Part shown: piece by piece, positions 23,801 to 32,540 of the stretch
Numbering within the stretch: position 1 is the stretch's first letter
How the letters are laid out: every line of letters begins with the position of its first letter
Assembly: GCF_037042905.1 (NCBI RefSeq)
Contig: NC_087251.1
Coordinates: forward strand, 48,052,001 to 48,112,000
Origin: Lytechinus pictus
Lineage: Eukaryota
Direction: 5' to 3'
Length of the DNA: 60,000 bases
Made by a program: the position numbers and the translations under genes
Notes under the pieces: model-generated
The model's input: the letters and a program-made list of their open reading frames with translations, nothing else
Databases searched by the model: none
What the model was told of the DNA's origin: nothing

Positions 23801-24533
23801 CGCGATTGGAACAAAAGTCCGAAAATTGATGCTCTTTTGAAGGATTTCATGGAATTGTATTCATTATTCTTATTTCAAAGGTAAGCTGATTTAGGAACAG
23901 TTTGTTTAGGTAAGATTGATATTACTCGTTAGATTTTTAATTCATTATGATCATCGGTTTTCTAATGCCAAACATCGCGAAGTTTTGTACTCCGGTGATA
24001 ATGAGTGGTTGCATTCAGGACCTCGACACTGTCTAAAGACGTGTCGAGGTCCCCGGGGCAAGGTTGCAGTGAGCATGTGATGTGGCCATGTCGTGTGTCA
24101 TTGACATTGTGTAGCCATTATTAGTTTTGTCAATATTATTATGAACTCATCCCAAAGAAACTTACTCCAAAGCCAAGGTTAATCTGTTAATTTTAGGTCG
24201 CTTTTCGCGTTGATGATGTCAGATTTTAAGGATATTGGATAGTTTTTTTAGATAATGACCGTCCGCGAAATATGGAAACACGCGTGAACACGAAGTTTGG
24301 GCTCACTGCCATACGTAAAGCAAGCGGATTGCTCCCGGGCCGATCACCGGCGTTGAGCTCTGTGTCACTCGGCAGAGCGGCGGAGACTAAAAATTAAAGT
24401 CAAAGGCAAAGCAAAGTAACATGTTTATTATGCATTTGATAAGATTACTCACTTCATTCTGAATTAGACCAGTCCATATTGTCTTTTCCAAATTCTGTGG
24501 AACAAGGATACTCCAATTCCCGAGTTCTGTCAT
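2743..24533 (-). CDS. FANCL: FANCL, E3 ubiquitin-protein ligase (ELF-DRWD-RING); 10 coding exons, 376 aa: join complement(24453..24533,16272..16330,12216..12440,11517..11613,8898..8966,7439..7589,6047..6130,4957..5084,4406..4522,2743..2862)
   Basis: All introns GT-AG. Exon lengths 81+59+225+97+69+151+84+128+117+120=1131 nt give one open frame. Recognisable FANCL motifs: LVPQNLEKT, EELETLGWD, HWTP, FWEEMAEIDNNTWVLEPEKP, RRIALG, IEVDPLHPRMLPKCRFLGAD, LRNVLEVDFP, CGICYSY..PDQVCDNPHC.KPFHQTCLYEWLR..GECPYC. Confidence 0.97.
3411..3595. mobile_element. Small hAT-like MITE
   Basis: CAGGGGTGTGAG..CTCACACCCCTG TIRs, internal TTTCAG repeats, flanking direct repeat AGTGTA. Confidence 0.75.
4030..4309. 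mobile_element. Harbinger-like MITE, copy 2 (FANCL intron 9)
   Basis: Same TIRs; 3-bp TSD AAT. Confidence 0.85.
4406..4522 (-). CDS. FANCL: FANCL exon 9, N-half of RING (DFKEECGICYSYSLDAVIPDQVCDNPHCNKPFHQTCLYE)
   Basis: TTTTTCTAG acceptor, GTGAGT donor, 117 nt; C4HC3-type zinc ligands. Confidence 0.97.
4957..5084 (-). CDS. FANCL: FANCL exon 8 (VINPVRKLLNTNLHAWNSQSSLLTNLRNVLEVDFPTPAESQVQ)
   Basis: GTCTTTAG acceptor, GTAGGT donor, 128 nt; lies within ORF 4849..5094. Confidence 0.95.
5250..5692. repeat. Degenerate (GAT)n microsatellite in FANCL intron 7
   Basis: GAT/GGT/AAT triplet runs; source of the spurious poly-D, poly-I and poly-M ORFs. Confidence 0.95.
6047..6130 (-). CDS. FANCL: FANCL exon 7 (GSNFSIQIEVDPLHPRMLPKCRFLGADN)
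   Basis: GAACAG acceptor, GTGAGT donor, 84 nt; conserved VDP.HP.MLP.C.FLGAD. Confidence 0.96.
7198..7385 (+). mobile_element. tRNA-derived SINE, diverged copy
   Basis: Colinear with 8282-8490; degraded A and B boxes. Confidence 0.7.
7439..7589 (-). CDS. FANCL: FANCL exon 6 (LHLDDVLTKFEGFLLKYGSFWEEMAEIDNNTWVLEPEKPGPMDVSRRIAL)
   Basis: TTTTTCATAG acceptor, GTAAGC donor, 151 nt; strongly conserved motif. Confidence 0.96.
7672..7800 (-). pseudogene. Decayed partial tandem duplicate of FANCL exon 6 plus adjacent intron
   Basis: Translates as SFLEMAEIEKNKWVLEQK versus true SFWEEMAEIDNNTWVLEPEK; 7761-7796 also mirrors intronic 7611-7650. Confidence 0.85.
8282..8490 (+). mobile_element. tRNA-derived SINE
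   Basis: A box TAGCTCAGTCGG, B box GGTTCGATTCC, followed by a non-tRNA body GTGCCCTTTGGTAAGGCA and an A/CAC tail. Confidence 0.88.
8898..8966 (-). CDS. FANCL: FANCL exon 5 (HPSNTPVCTNIEKDYFKLHWTPK)
   Basis: CTCTTTACAG acceptor, GTAGGT donor, 69 nt; resembles human YPAESPDYFVDFPVPFCASWTPQ. Confidence 0.9.
9012..10706. mobile_element. Foldback MITE with ~200-bp inverted arms, interrupted by a HINE-like insertion
   Basis: Perfect 19-bp TIR GGGCACTAGTATTCAACCC; arms mirror each other (GTCGACTGT.. at ~9150, ..ACAGTCGAC at ~10570). Confidence 0.85.
9420..10518 (+). mobile_element. Non-autonomous Helentron-associated (HINE/DINE-like) element with an internal tandem array
   Basis: Starts AACAAG; subterminal inverted repeat GTCTCACCTGCAT..ATGCAGGTGAGAC; 3' hairpin CGCCGCCGTCGGAAAAGCGGCG; six ~155-190-bp units containing GATGTTCAGT; inserted in an A run with no TSD. 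Confidence 0.75.
11517..11613 (-). CDS. FANCL: FANCL exon 4 (MVTHLEPDLSQFELTCNYSSDKTHNIAVQVHSE)
   Basis: TTTTTTTCTGTGCAG acceptor, GTGGGG donor, 97 nt; restores phase 0. Confidence 0.88.
12216..12440 (-). CDS. FANCL: FANCL exon 3 (SVQGDWRLARRL...RRLVEELETLGWD)
   Basis: TTGCAG acceptor, GTAAG donor, 225 nt; overlaps ORF 12212..12421. Confidence 0.95.
12510..13128. mobile_element. MITE (TIR CACTGCCATGGAATT) carrying a nested hAT-like MITE at 12590-13076
   Basis: Outer CACTGCCATGGAATTTGCAGT..ACTGCGAATTCCATGGCAGTG; inner CAGAGCTGCCAAGT..ACTTGGCAGCTCTG in a CATCAT context. Confidence 0.75.
13593..15583. mobile_element. Non-autonomous hAT element in FANCL intron 2
   Basis: TIR CAGGGTTGG..CCAACCCTG, perfect 8-bp TSD CTAATTTC, subterminal GGTATTTACC repeats. 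Confidence 0.9.
13933..14388. mobile_element. Nested MITE with 4-bp TSD ATAT (possibly Sola-like)
   Basis: GGGCAATTCCA..TGGAATAGCCC flanked by ATAT; internal repeated GTAACGTGAGTAACC. Confidence 0.7.
16272..16330 (-). CDS. FANCL: FANCL exon 2 (GEEYQLKIEFPKDKNIKHA)
   Basis: Polypyrimidine tract plus CAG acceptor, GTAAG donor, 59 nt; resembles human GRDFHLRIVLPEDLQLKNA. Confidence 0.92.
16395..17030 (-). mobile_element. 5'-truncated CR1-group LINE, C-terminal part of ORF2, frameshifted
   Basis: KDLGVIID..LYKALIRPHLEYA..VWSPYLKKHI..LENVQRRATK and LTYRRARGDMIETYK in two frames. Confidence 0.92.
17230..18862. mobile_element. Non-autonomous hAT-like element in FANCL intron 1
   Basis: 15-bp imperfect TIR CAAGGCTCGACATTA..TAATGTGGAGCCTAG; subterminal GGTGGCCC motifs; degenerate TSD CTAATA(T)C. 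Confidence 0.7.
20990..21510 (-). mobile_element. LINE (CR1/L2-group) 3' end fragment with AATAA-rich tail
   Basis: NDLVPNYL..KRKSFAYVGPKLFNALPSNL, followed by UTR and simple-repeat tail. Confidence 0.75.
22509..22767. mobile_element. Palindromic (foldback) MITE
   Basis: CACTGTTAAAA..TTTTGACAGTG flanked by TA; internal TTGTTTAAA symmetry. Confidence 0.75.
23755..23886 (+). promoter_or_regulatory. Candidate housekeeping-type promoter and first exon antisense to FANCL, inside FANCL intron 1
   Basis: TGCGCATGCGCA (NRF1-type), AAACATGGCG (YY1-type) and TCTCGCGA clustered within 45 nt, then consensus donor AAG|GTAAGC at 23880/23881. Confidence 0.55.
24453..24533 (-). CDS. FANCL: FANCL coding exon 1 (MTELGNWSILVPQNLEKTIWTGLIQNE)
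   Basis: ATG at 24533 with an in-frame stop just upstream; donor GTGAGT; phase 0 fits exon 2; resembles human PLLLPQNRSKTVYEGFISAQ. Confidence 0.9.
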
Positions 24534-24825
24534 TTTGTTAACATTTCATTCGGATGATTTGGACTTCTTTTTGTTCACCTCCACTGGAATTTGAAACTTC
24601 GCAGAATTAAACTGTCCATCTTCTGCGGAGAGAGGGCGTTTCAAAGCTCAAATCGGGAGTTTACGTGAAAACAAAATTAAATTGATATAAAATTCTAGCT
24701 CTGGCACAGGGTGAGTCTTGAGATCTTTACAAGGGTTTAATAAGGACCCCCCCCCCAGTGATGATAATAAAAATAATATTATGATAATAAAATGCAAAAG
24801 AAATATTGAGTGGATGATGTCATCG

Positions 24826-25410
24826 CCGGGGGGGGGGGGGCACTCCCATTGACGAGTGGATACCATATGCGCGACCAAAAACGGGCCAAAAACGCGTAAA
24901 AAGGGTATCTTTTTCAAGATTGGGCACGTTACGTACGTAACGTAATAAGAGTGTCAAAACACTAAAATACTGAAAAAAGGGTAAATATTTCGCAAGGAAA
25001 CCTACGTGTTTACGGTCTGATTTGCGAGGGTATAAAAATACTAAAATGTTTTCTAAAGGATGTACTTTTTTGCCCCAACACTAAGCCGTTTAGAGTCGGA
25101 TTTGCGCGAGATATGAGGTGTGGGGGGGGGGGGGGGGAGGGCTGTACTAAACCCAATCAAATGATTTACCATGTAGGTAAAGGTAAAAACGTCGCTGTAC
25201 TACTTGTTTAAAGGGTCAATTCAGGGAATACTTGCCAACTGCCAAGGGTACTGTTTTGTGTCCAATACCTGTTAAGGGTAGGGTTTCACACGCCAATACT
25301 TGCTAAGGGGTGCATTTTCAGAATATGGCGAAAACACTATTTTAGGGTGCTTTTCGAGACCCCATGGTCGCACATGGTATCCACTCGTCAATGGAAGTGA
25401 CCTCCCTGGC
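24826..25410. mobile_element. MITE immediately upstream of FANCL exon 1
   Basis: CCATTGACGAGTGGATACCAT..ATGGTATCCACTCGTCAATGG inverted ends with G/C-run termini. Confidence 0.85.
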
Positions 25411-27749
25411 TCCCCGTGTGTCATCTTCCCCTCATTTGCAAACCGATCGACCAGGATAGGCTTACATATACATGTAACTTTTTTTGTGAAATTAAGCAAA
25501 ACTTTTAAATGGTAGGGCTCATAACTTTCTAATGTCACATTCGATTTTGATGATTTTTTTTAGATGCTTGTTGGATTTTCTATTTTTATTCAAGTTAACT
25601 TTTAGTTGGGTTTGTTTGACTAATCTTTTAAGAGTGCCATAAAGCGTCACAGTTTATAACACTCTTTTTAAGGCTCTTCCTTCTTCATCCTCTCCTATTT
25701 TGCACCCACTGCATCACTGGGGCACTTCCCCCTAATTATCTCAGTTTTGGATTTGTTTTCATCAATTCGATGAGACTAAAAACAACACCATGTGGGGTTT
25801 CACATGGATCTATTCTTTGTCTTTTACTCTTTTAAAGATTTTAAACATGCCATTTTGAAGTTGAATATTATATATTTATCAATTATGACTTACAATTTTT
25901 TCCCCTATGTATGAACCAGGATATCCTTCTAGTCACATGAAAGTCAATAGAGAGAAAAGAGATCAGAGTTGGCCCAACTTCACGCTCTTTAATTCTCTCT
26001 GTATCTTTCTCTCTGTATGTTAAATTGAATAACTATCACACAGGTGCAGCGCCGGTGTATTTCAAAAAGGATTTTTTTTTTCTTAGACCTCTCGGCCTCG
26101 GCAAGGCATATGCACTAGGCCTATAACCCCGGTTGCCATAAGTCAAGCTATAGTGACAACCCCTGCAACCCTTTAAAATCTTTATGTCATAGAAAATACA
26201 TTTCAACCTTGTTCATATCATCATTATTATTGCTAATTATTTTGTCATGTATTGTGTATTTTCTTTGTTATTTTGTATAATTTATGAAAGAGTTGCAGAA
26301 ACAATAAATCAAATGAAATAATGAAGCATGCGACTGATTAGATATTATAGTCAGATATTTTTTTTTACCAACCTAGAAGTTGGTTTGAAACCTACCAACT
26401 GAAGATTTCAACAAAATTGCATGCAATATAAATTGGGATTTTTCATACCAACAGTTGGTAGGTTTATATTTTAACAAAATTTTCATGATTTTGGAATGGT
26501 TTTCAACGGACGATTTCAAAATCAGTTTTTGTGCTAGTGTTGGAAACGCAATTTAAATTGCATTTAAAAGCTCCAACGCCTTAATCCCAATCACATCATA
26601 ATCATAATTGATTTATCCCACGGTCTCAGCTTTGTTTCTATTGTTTAATTCTATGACGATATTGACATGTCATTATGTCTCACTTGTCTAACACCGACAT
26701 TTAAAGGTCAAAGCCGAGCTTGAAATCATCTAATAGTAATGTGTCCCGTCTTTGAGAAAACCGTAATGTAAATAAAATTTGCTATAAATTTCGAGGATAA
26801 CCACATTCTGTATCAACTGAAATTGGACTATTATTTATTTTCCAGAAGTGTGCTTAAATGTTTCATTTCTCCCTTACTATTGCCCTATTTTAATAATGGT
26901 ATATATCCATAATATTGTATTGGGGAAATTCCAAATGCAAGTTTCCGACTTGATGAAAATCTGAAGACCCCAAAAGCGTACTATCTGCACTATTGATAAT
27001 GTAGTTTTATTCACATACGAATTTATTTCTTTCGTCACGATTTGTACTTCCTTAATGTTTGCAAATTTATGAATCAACAGTAAAAATGATATTTTGGTAA
27101 CCTTTTTTTTAAATAAAGAGATGACCAAATTCAAAATAATTGTTTTCATTTACTCTTTCAGTCATGCACTGGAACTTACTTTAGTTTCTCCAAATGTCTT
27201 TCTTACACTTTCTTAATATATATATTACAGTATCTAGTAGTTCTCCTCTCTCTTTCTTACACTCAACGCACTCACATAATCGTGTATAGTTCCTGCCAAA
27301 CCGGGGACGTTAAAAAACAACCACCCTCCCCGAAAGCACACTGAGCATGACCAAATGCAAGTGAGGACATACATTCCCGTATTCATCATTCATAGGAGTG
27401 TGTGTATTTGTACGACAATTCACATAATAGTTGTCCCGATAGGTGGGGGGGGGGGGGGGGGGGGGGGGCTTGGGGCCATAGCCCCAAAATTTTCTCGACC
27501 AAGAATCAAGAGGGAAGGAGTGAAAAAAAAGGGAAAATGGCGAAATTATGTTTTTCTCTAGATTTTATGTCAAAATCTATCAGAAAATTTGGTTTTTGTA
27601 TCGAAAAGGTCAAATTTTGTTGCTCGCTTCGTATCTTCGATTTGCAGCAGTTTGAGAAGATAAGAAAATGGGAAAGTCTCCGTTTCTGAAGCGTTCCAGG
27701 TAAGACAGTAAAGTGCCACACTTTCGTCCACGGTTGCAATGGATTACAA

Positions 27750-30700
27750 CAGTGGCGTAGCTAGGATTTTTTCCTGGGTGGGCACTGGGGGGTCCTTGCT
27801 TTTTCAGGGGGGGCACCATTTTTTCCGGTCTGTGTGACATACGTGTCACAAGGGCGGATCCGACTTTCGCCAATAGGGGACGGGGCCCGAAATTATATTC
27901 ACCTTTATTTTTCCCCGATCAGTCACTTCTTAGTTTTATTCTTATAAAACAACATAAACATGAAATAATCTCATAAACCTTATAAATAATGCGAGCGCGA
28001 ATCGCGAGCGATTTTTTTTTTACTTTCATGTACTAGTATTTTGTCCTGAAAATTTAATATTCTGGGCAATGTTATGTGTGATCCTGAACAAGATTTGTAT
28101 GTAACTAGATGGTTACTGCGAACGCTAAGCGCGAGCAAAAAATTTTATTAACTGTTCTAGCATTATCGAAAAGGGACCTGTTCAGGACTGCTTACAGTTA
28201 CCCACGAAGACGGTATACATTTCAATAATGCGAGCGCGAAGCGCGAGCAAATTTTTTTGACATTCCGTCCGACCTAAAAATGGTCATTCTAAGCACTTTT
28301 TGTATTAATAAATGGGATAGGTATGTAACTTAACAATTGATGCGAGCGCGAAGTGCGAGAGGAAGAAAATTGAGATTTTAGACCTAAAAGCGGGACACTC
28401 TATTCATATTTTGTAAATCATAAATAGGATATAGTTAATTGGGTATCATTAATAATGCGATCGTAAAGCGTGAGCAGACAATAAATTATTGATATTCTGA
28501 TGTGAAACTGGATAATTTTAGTACATTTTTGAATAAAGAACATGCATGCTATCGCGCATGTTTTAGATTTAGACCTAGAATTTGGGCATTCTGAGTACAT
28601 TTGTTTAATGGAACTTTATGGAATACACGTAGACAATAGAAACTTGGCAAATCAAACAATGTGACCACGCACAGACGCAGCATGAGCTTAAAATGCTAAT
28701 ATGTAGACCATAAAACAGATATTATAGAGCACTTAAATTTTTTAATGAAAAAAAAATAATGAAAGCTCGATGTCCGTGTTACACCCACAAATGTAATAAC
28801 GCCCACAAATGTAATTACACTTTACCCACAAATGTAATAACGCCCACAAATGTAATAACACTTTACCCACAAATGTAATAATTTTGATCGCCCACAAATG
28901 TGATAATGACTTTACCCACAAATGTAATAAATTTGAAGGGATTTTTGGCGAATCCGTTCTAAACTGAAATCCTATAGTAATACGTTCATATAGCACAAAA
29001 GTGCAAAGTCTTTTTTTCCACACCCGGTTAATAAAGAAAGTAAAATATAATCCAAAGTCTTTTCTTCCAGACCAGGTTGTTTCAAAATTATAATATAAGT
29101 TCAAAGTCTTTTTTCCAGACCCGGTTGTTTAAAAAATTATAATATAATTTAAAAGTCTTTTTTCCAGATCCGGTTGCTTCAAAAATTATAATATAAGTCC
29201 AAACTAAAACACCAAAACAAAGACCTATGGTGTAGTCTTTGCTCCAGACTCAGTTATTACAAAAAAAGGAAATTATAAGAAATAATAAAAACAAACAAAC
29301 TATATCAACAAAGACCCCACAATATCATTGATGTAGAATAACGTTGTTGTTGTTGTTATCTTGGGTTTTAAGGCGCGTATCATTCAGATATTAATATTTA
29401 CGCCTATGAATAATTTGTCGTTTTCGTGATATGCGTTATCACAGGGTTTTAATAGTTTAGAAGATGCTGGGGTTAAGTTTTAAGATTAAAGTTTCGCTTA
29501 ATTTGTATTTCTCAGAGAACCGGGTGTGGGGTACAGACAACGCTCTAAACCCAAGCATTTTAATTGGGCTTAATTTTGAAATTTGGTCTTAGTTTTTTTT
29601 TTTCAATATTTCTTTATTTTTTTAAATAACCGGGTCTAGACGAAAGACTAAGCATAATACTCGTGTTATTCCACAGGAATAAGAATATGACAAAGTCTTG
29701 TGTTTTTAAGACTGTTTGAATTATTGTTTAAATGACTGGGTCTGGAATAAAGACAACGCTCTAAACATGTGCTTTTCTACATGGTATTAATTTGGAGGAT
29801 TGTTGTTTCTTAGATTCGTTGTTGGGGTTGGGTTTTATTGCTCTTTTATTCTTGAAATAACTGTGTCTGGAGGAAAGTCTACAATCGATCTTCATGTTAT
29901 TCCACAGTAATTAGATTATTGGGTATTCGTTTTAGAATATTTGTAAAAACTATCTTTTTTTTCAAATAATAACCAAGTCTGGAGAAAGGATGTTTGCTTT
30001 ACCCAAGCATTATTACAATGTTTCGTAGGGGTCTTAGTATTATTTAAAAAAAACTGGGTGCGGGGTAAATACATATTTTTACACCCAGTTACACCCAGTA
30101 AGGGTGTAACTTATGAAGATTTGTCTTAGATTTGAACTGTTGAAGTTTTTTTAATTCATTTTTTTTAAATAACCGGGTCTGGAGAAAAGAGTATGTTTTA
30201 AAAGTCGTGTTATTCCAGAAGAATAAGAATATGATATAGTCTTACGTTAGAAGATTTTTTTTGTAATTTTTTTAATGATTAGGTCTGGAATAAAGACAAT
30301 GCTCTAAACCTCTTTTTAAAACAGGTTCTTAGGTTGAAGGATTGTTTGGTCTTAGATTTGGAATTTTCTTATTATTACTGTTAGCATTATTTTGAAGAAA
30401 AAAAATAAATGGGTCTGGCTGAAAGACTATGCTATATGTCCATGTTATCCAGCATTAATAAGATTATGGGGTCTTTATACTGTTTTTGTTGTTGTTGTTG
30501 TATTGTTATTTATAATTTTCGAATAACAGGGTTTGGAGAAAAGACTAAGCTCGATTTTTATTTTTATTCCACTGGAATATCATTATGGTATCTTAGTTTG
30601 GACTTATATTATAATTTTTGAAATAACTGGGTCTGGAAAAAAGACTTTGGACTTATGTTGTATTGTTTGAAACAACCGGGTCTGGAAAAAAAGACTTTGG

Positions 30701-31805
30701 ACTTATATTATAATTCTTGAAACAACCGGGTCTTGAAAAAAAGACTTAATTTAGACTTATGTCATAAATATTTAATTAACCAGGTCTGGAAAAAAGACTT
30801 TGCACTTTTGTGCTATATGAACGCATTACTATAAGGATTTAGTTTTTAGTTTTAAGTAACCGGGTGTGGAGAAAGACTACGCTTGATTCTCAATTTACTC
30901 TTAGCGCATATATTCACAATACGCACCGTGTAAGTTCAAACAACAACAAAGACATTAATTCCATCAGTTTTAATTAACTGGGTCTGGAGAAAAGACTAAG
31001 CTCGATTCTCATTTTCATTCCACTGGAATATCATTATCGTATCCTAGTTTGGATTTATTTTATATTTTTTTCAATAACCGTGTCTGAAAAAAAAGACTTT
31101 GGACTTATATTATAATTTTTGAAACAAACGGGTCTGGAAAAAAAACTTTAAATTATATTATAATTTTTGAATTAATCGGGTCTGGAAAAAAGACTTTGCA
31201 CTTTTGTGCTATATGAATGCATTACTATAGGATTTTAGTTTAGAACGGATTCGCCAAAAATCCCTTCAAATTTATTACATTTGTGGGTAAAGTCATTATT
31301 ACATTTGTGGGTGATCAAAAATTATTACATTTGTGGGTAAAGTGTTATTACATTTGTGGGCGTTATTACATTTGTGGGTAAAGTGTTATTACATTTTTGG
31401 GCGTTATTACATTTGTGGGTGCAACAGTCCGAGCTAAAATATGTTTTGTATATTGACTTCAAAACTTGCTCCATATCAGCCTATTGAGCAAGATATGAAT
31501 CTCATCGAACAGGCAATTCTGGCGCGAAGCGCAAGCAAAAAATTTATATGGTAACATGAAAGATTTTGTTTTTTTTGCAAGTCTTCCCCTCACATTATTT
31601 CATTCACGCGTCTTCCTCCTCTTATTTTCCTCTTCTTTTTTCTTCTGTCTTTCTTTTTCTTTTCCTTTTTTCTTTTCTTCTTTCTCCCTTTTTTATTTTT
31701 ATTTTGCTCTGCCAATTTTTTTCAGGGGGGGGGGCACCTGGGGGGCACACCAAATCTCAGGGGGGGGCACGTGCCGCCCCCAGGCCCCCCGTAGCTACGC
31801 CACTG
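27750..31805. mobile_element. hAT-like non-autonomous element hosting a foldback insertion
   Basis: TIR CAGTGGCGTAGCTA..TAGCTACGCCACTG, perfect 8-bp TSD GATTACAA; repeated GCGAGCGCGAAGCGCGAGC motif. Confidence 0.9.
28777..31426. mobile_element. Foldback element with TGT..ACA ends and 5-bp TSD (Ginger-like, non-autonomous)
   Basis: TSD GTCCG at 28772-28776 and 31427-31431; inverted arms of several hundred bp; terminal CCCACAAATGTAATA arrays; internal ~55-60-bp units containing ACCGGGTCTGGAAAAAAGACT. Confidence 0.85.
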
Positions 31806-31910
31806 GATTACAATAATCTGATACACACCCATCCTGCTCCACACACGAACTCTCACAAGAAAAAAACCCGTTAATTATCGGCAAATTGTTACATCAGAAA
31901 CCGGGCCTTA

Positions 31911-32540
31911 TACCGTGTGAGAAAAAAAACTTGACACCTCACCAATCCCCAATTTAAGAAAAAAATATGTCATGAATGCATAATCATTATATATGGCTGG
32001 AAAGACTATGTTCTCCCAAATAATTTGATACCATATTAATGTGATATGTGTTAACGCCTGGATGATCAGGAGGTATTCTTTGCAGTGATGTAAATTTTGA
32101 ATTGCGCCAAAGTAAGGCATGAATGATTCAGAAGTTCAATTCAATTCAGTTCAATGCTGTCATAATCCTACGGGTTGCATTAAAATTTCTAAACACATTT
32201 TTAATAATTAACATTATAATTGCTTAATAAACACATTTTAATGTCAATTTCATTGAAAAGGGGTTTGCAAATATATTTATACTTACTCATGTATGATTAT
32301 GACATCATAATTGGCATCTGGATTCATTCATTGTAGTCATGCCTTACTTTGGCGCGAATCAACGTTTACATCACAGCAAATAATACCTACTGATTATCCC
32401 AGCGTGAAGTCATACCACATAAATTTGGTATCAAAATATTTGGGAGAAAATACTCTTTCCAGCCATATTATGTAATCATGACATCCCCCCATTAATGTGG
32501 GATTTGTGAGCTGTCAAGTTTTTTTTTTACTCACACGGTA
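31911..32540. mobile_element. Tc1/mariner-like MITE with long inverted arms
   Basis: TACCGTGTGAG.AAAAAAAACTTGACA..TGTCAAGTTTTTTT.CTCACACGGTA; inner mirror GCGCCAAAGTAAGGCATGA / TCATGCCTTACTTTGGCGC. Confidence 0.82.

Noticed and set aside
23881..25919. C/D-box snoRNA in the candidate antisense intron
   Set aside because: TGATGA words are present, but no suitably placed CTGA box with a terminal stem was found.
28990..31260. CRISPR-like array of repeats with variable spacers
   Set aside because: Eukaryotic context, no cas genes, degenerate repeats with mutually related spacers, and enclosed by inverted arms and a TSD.
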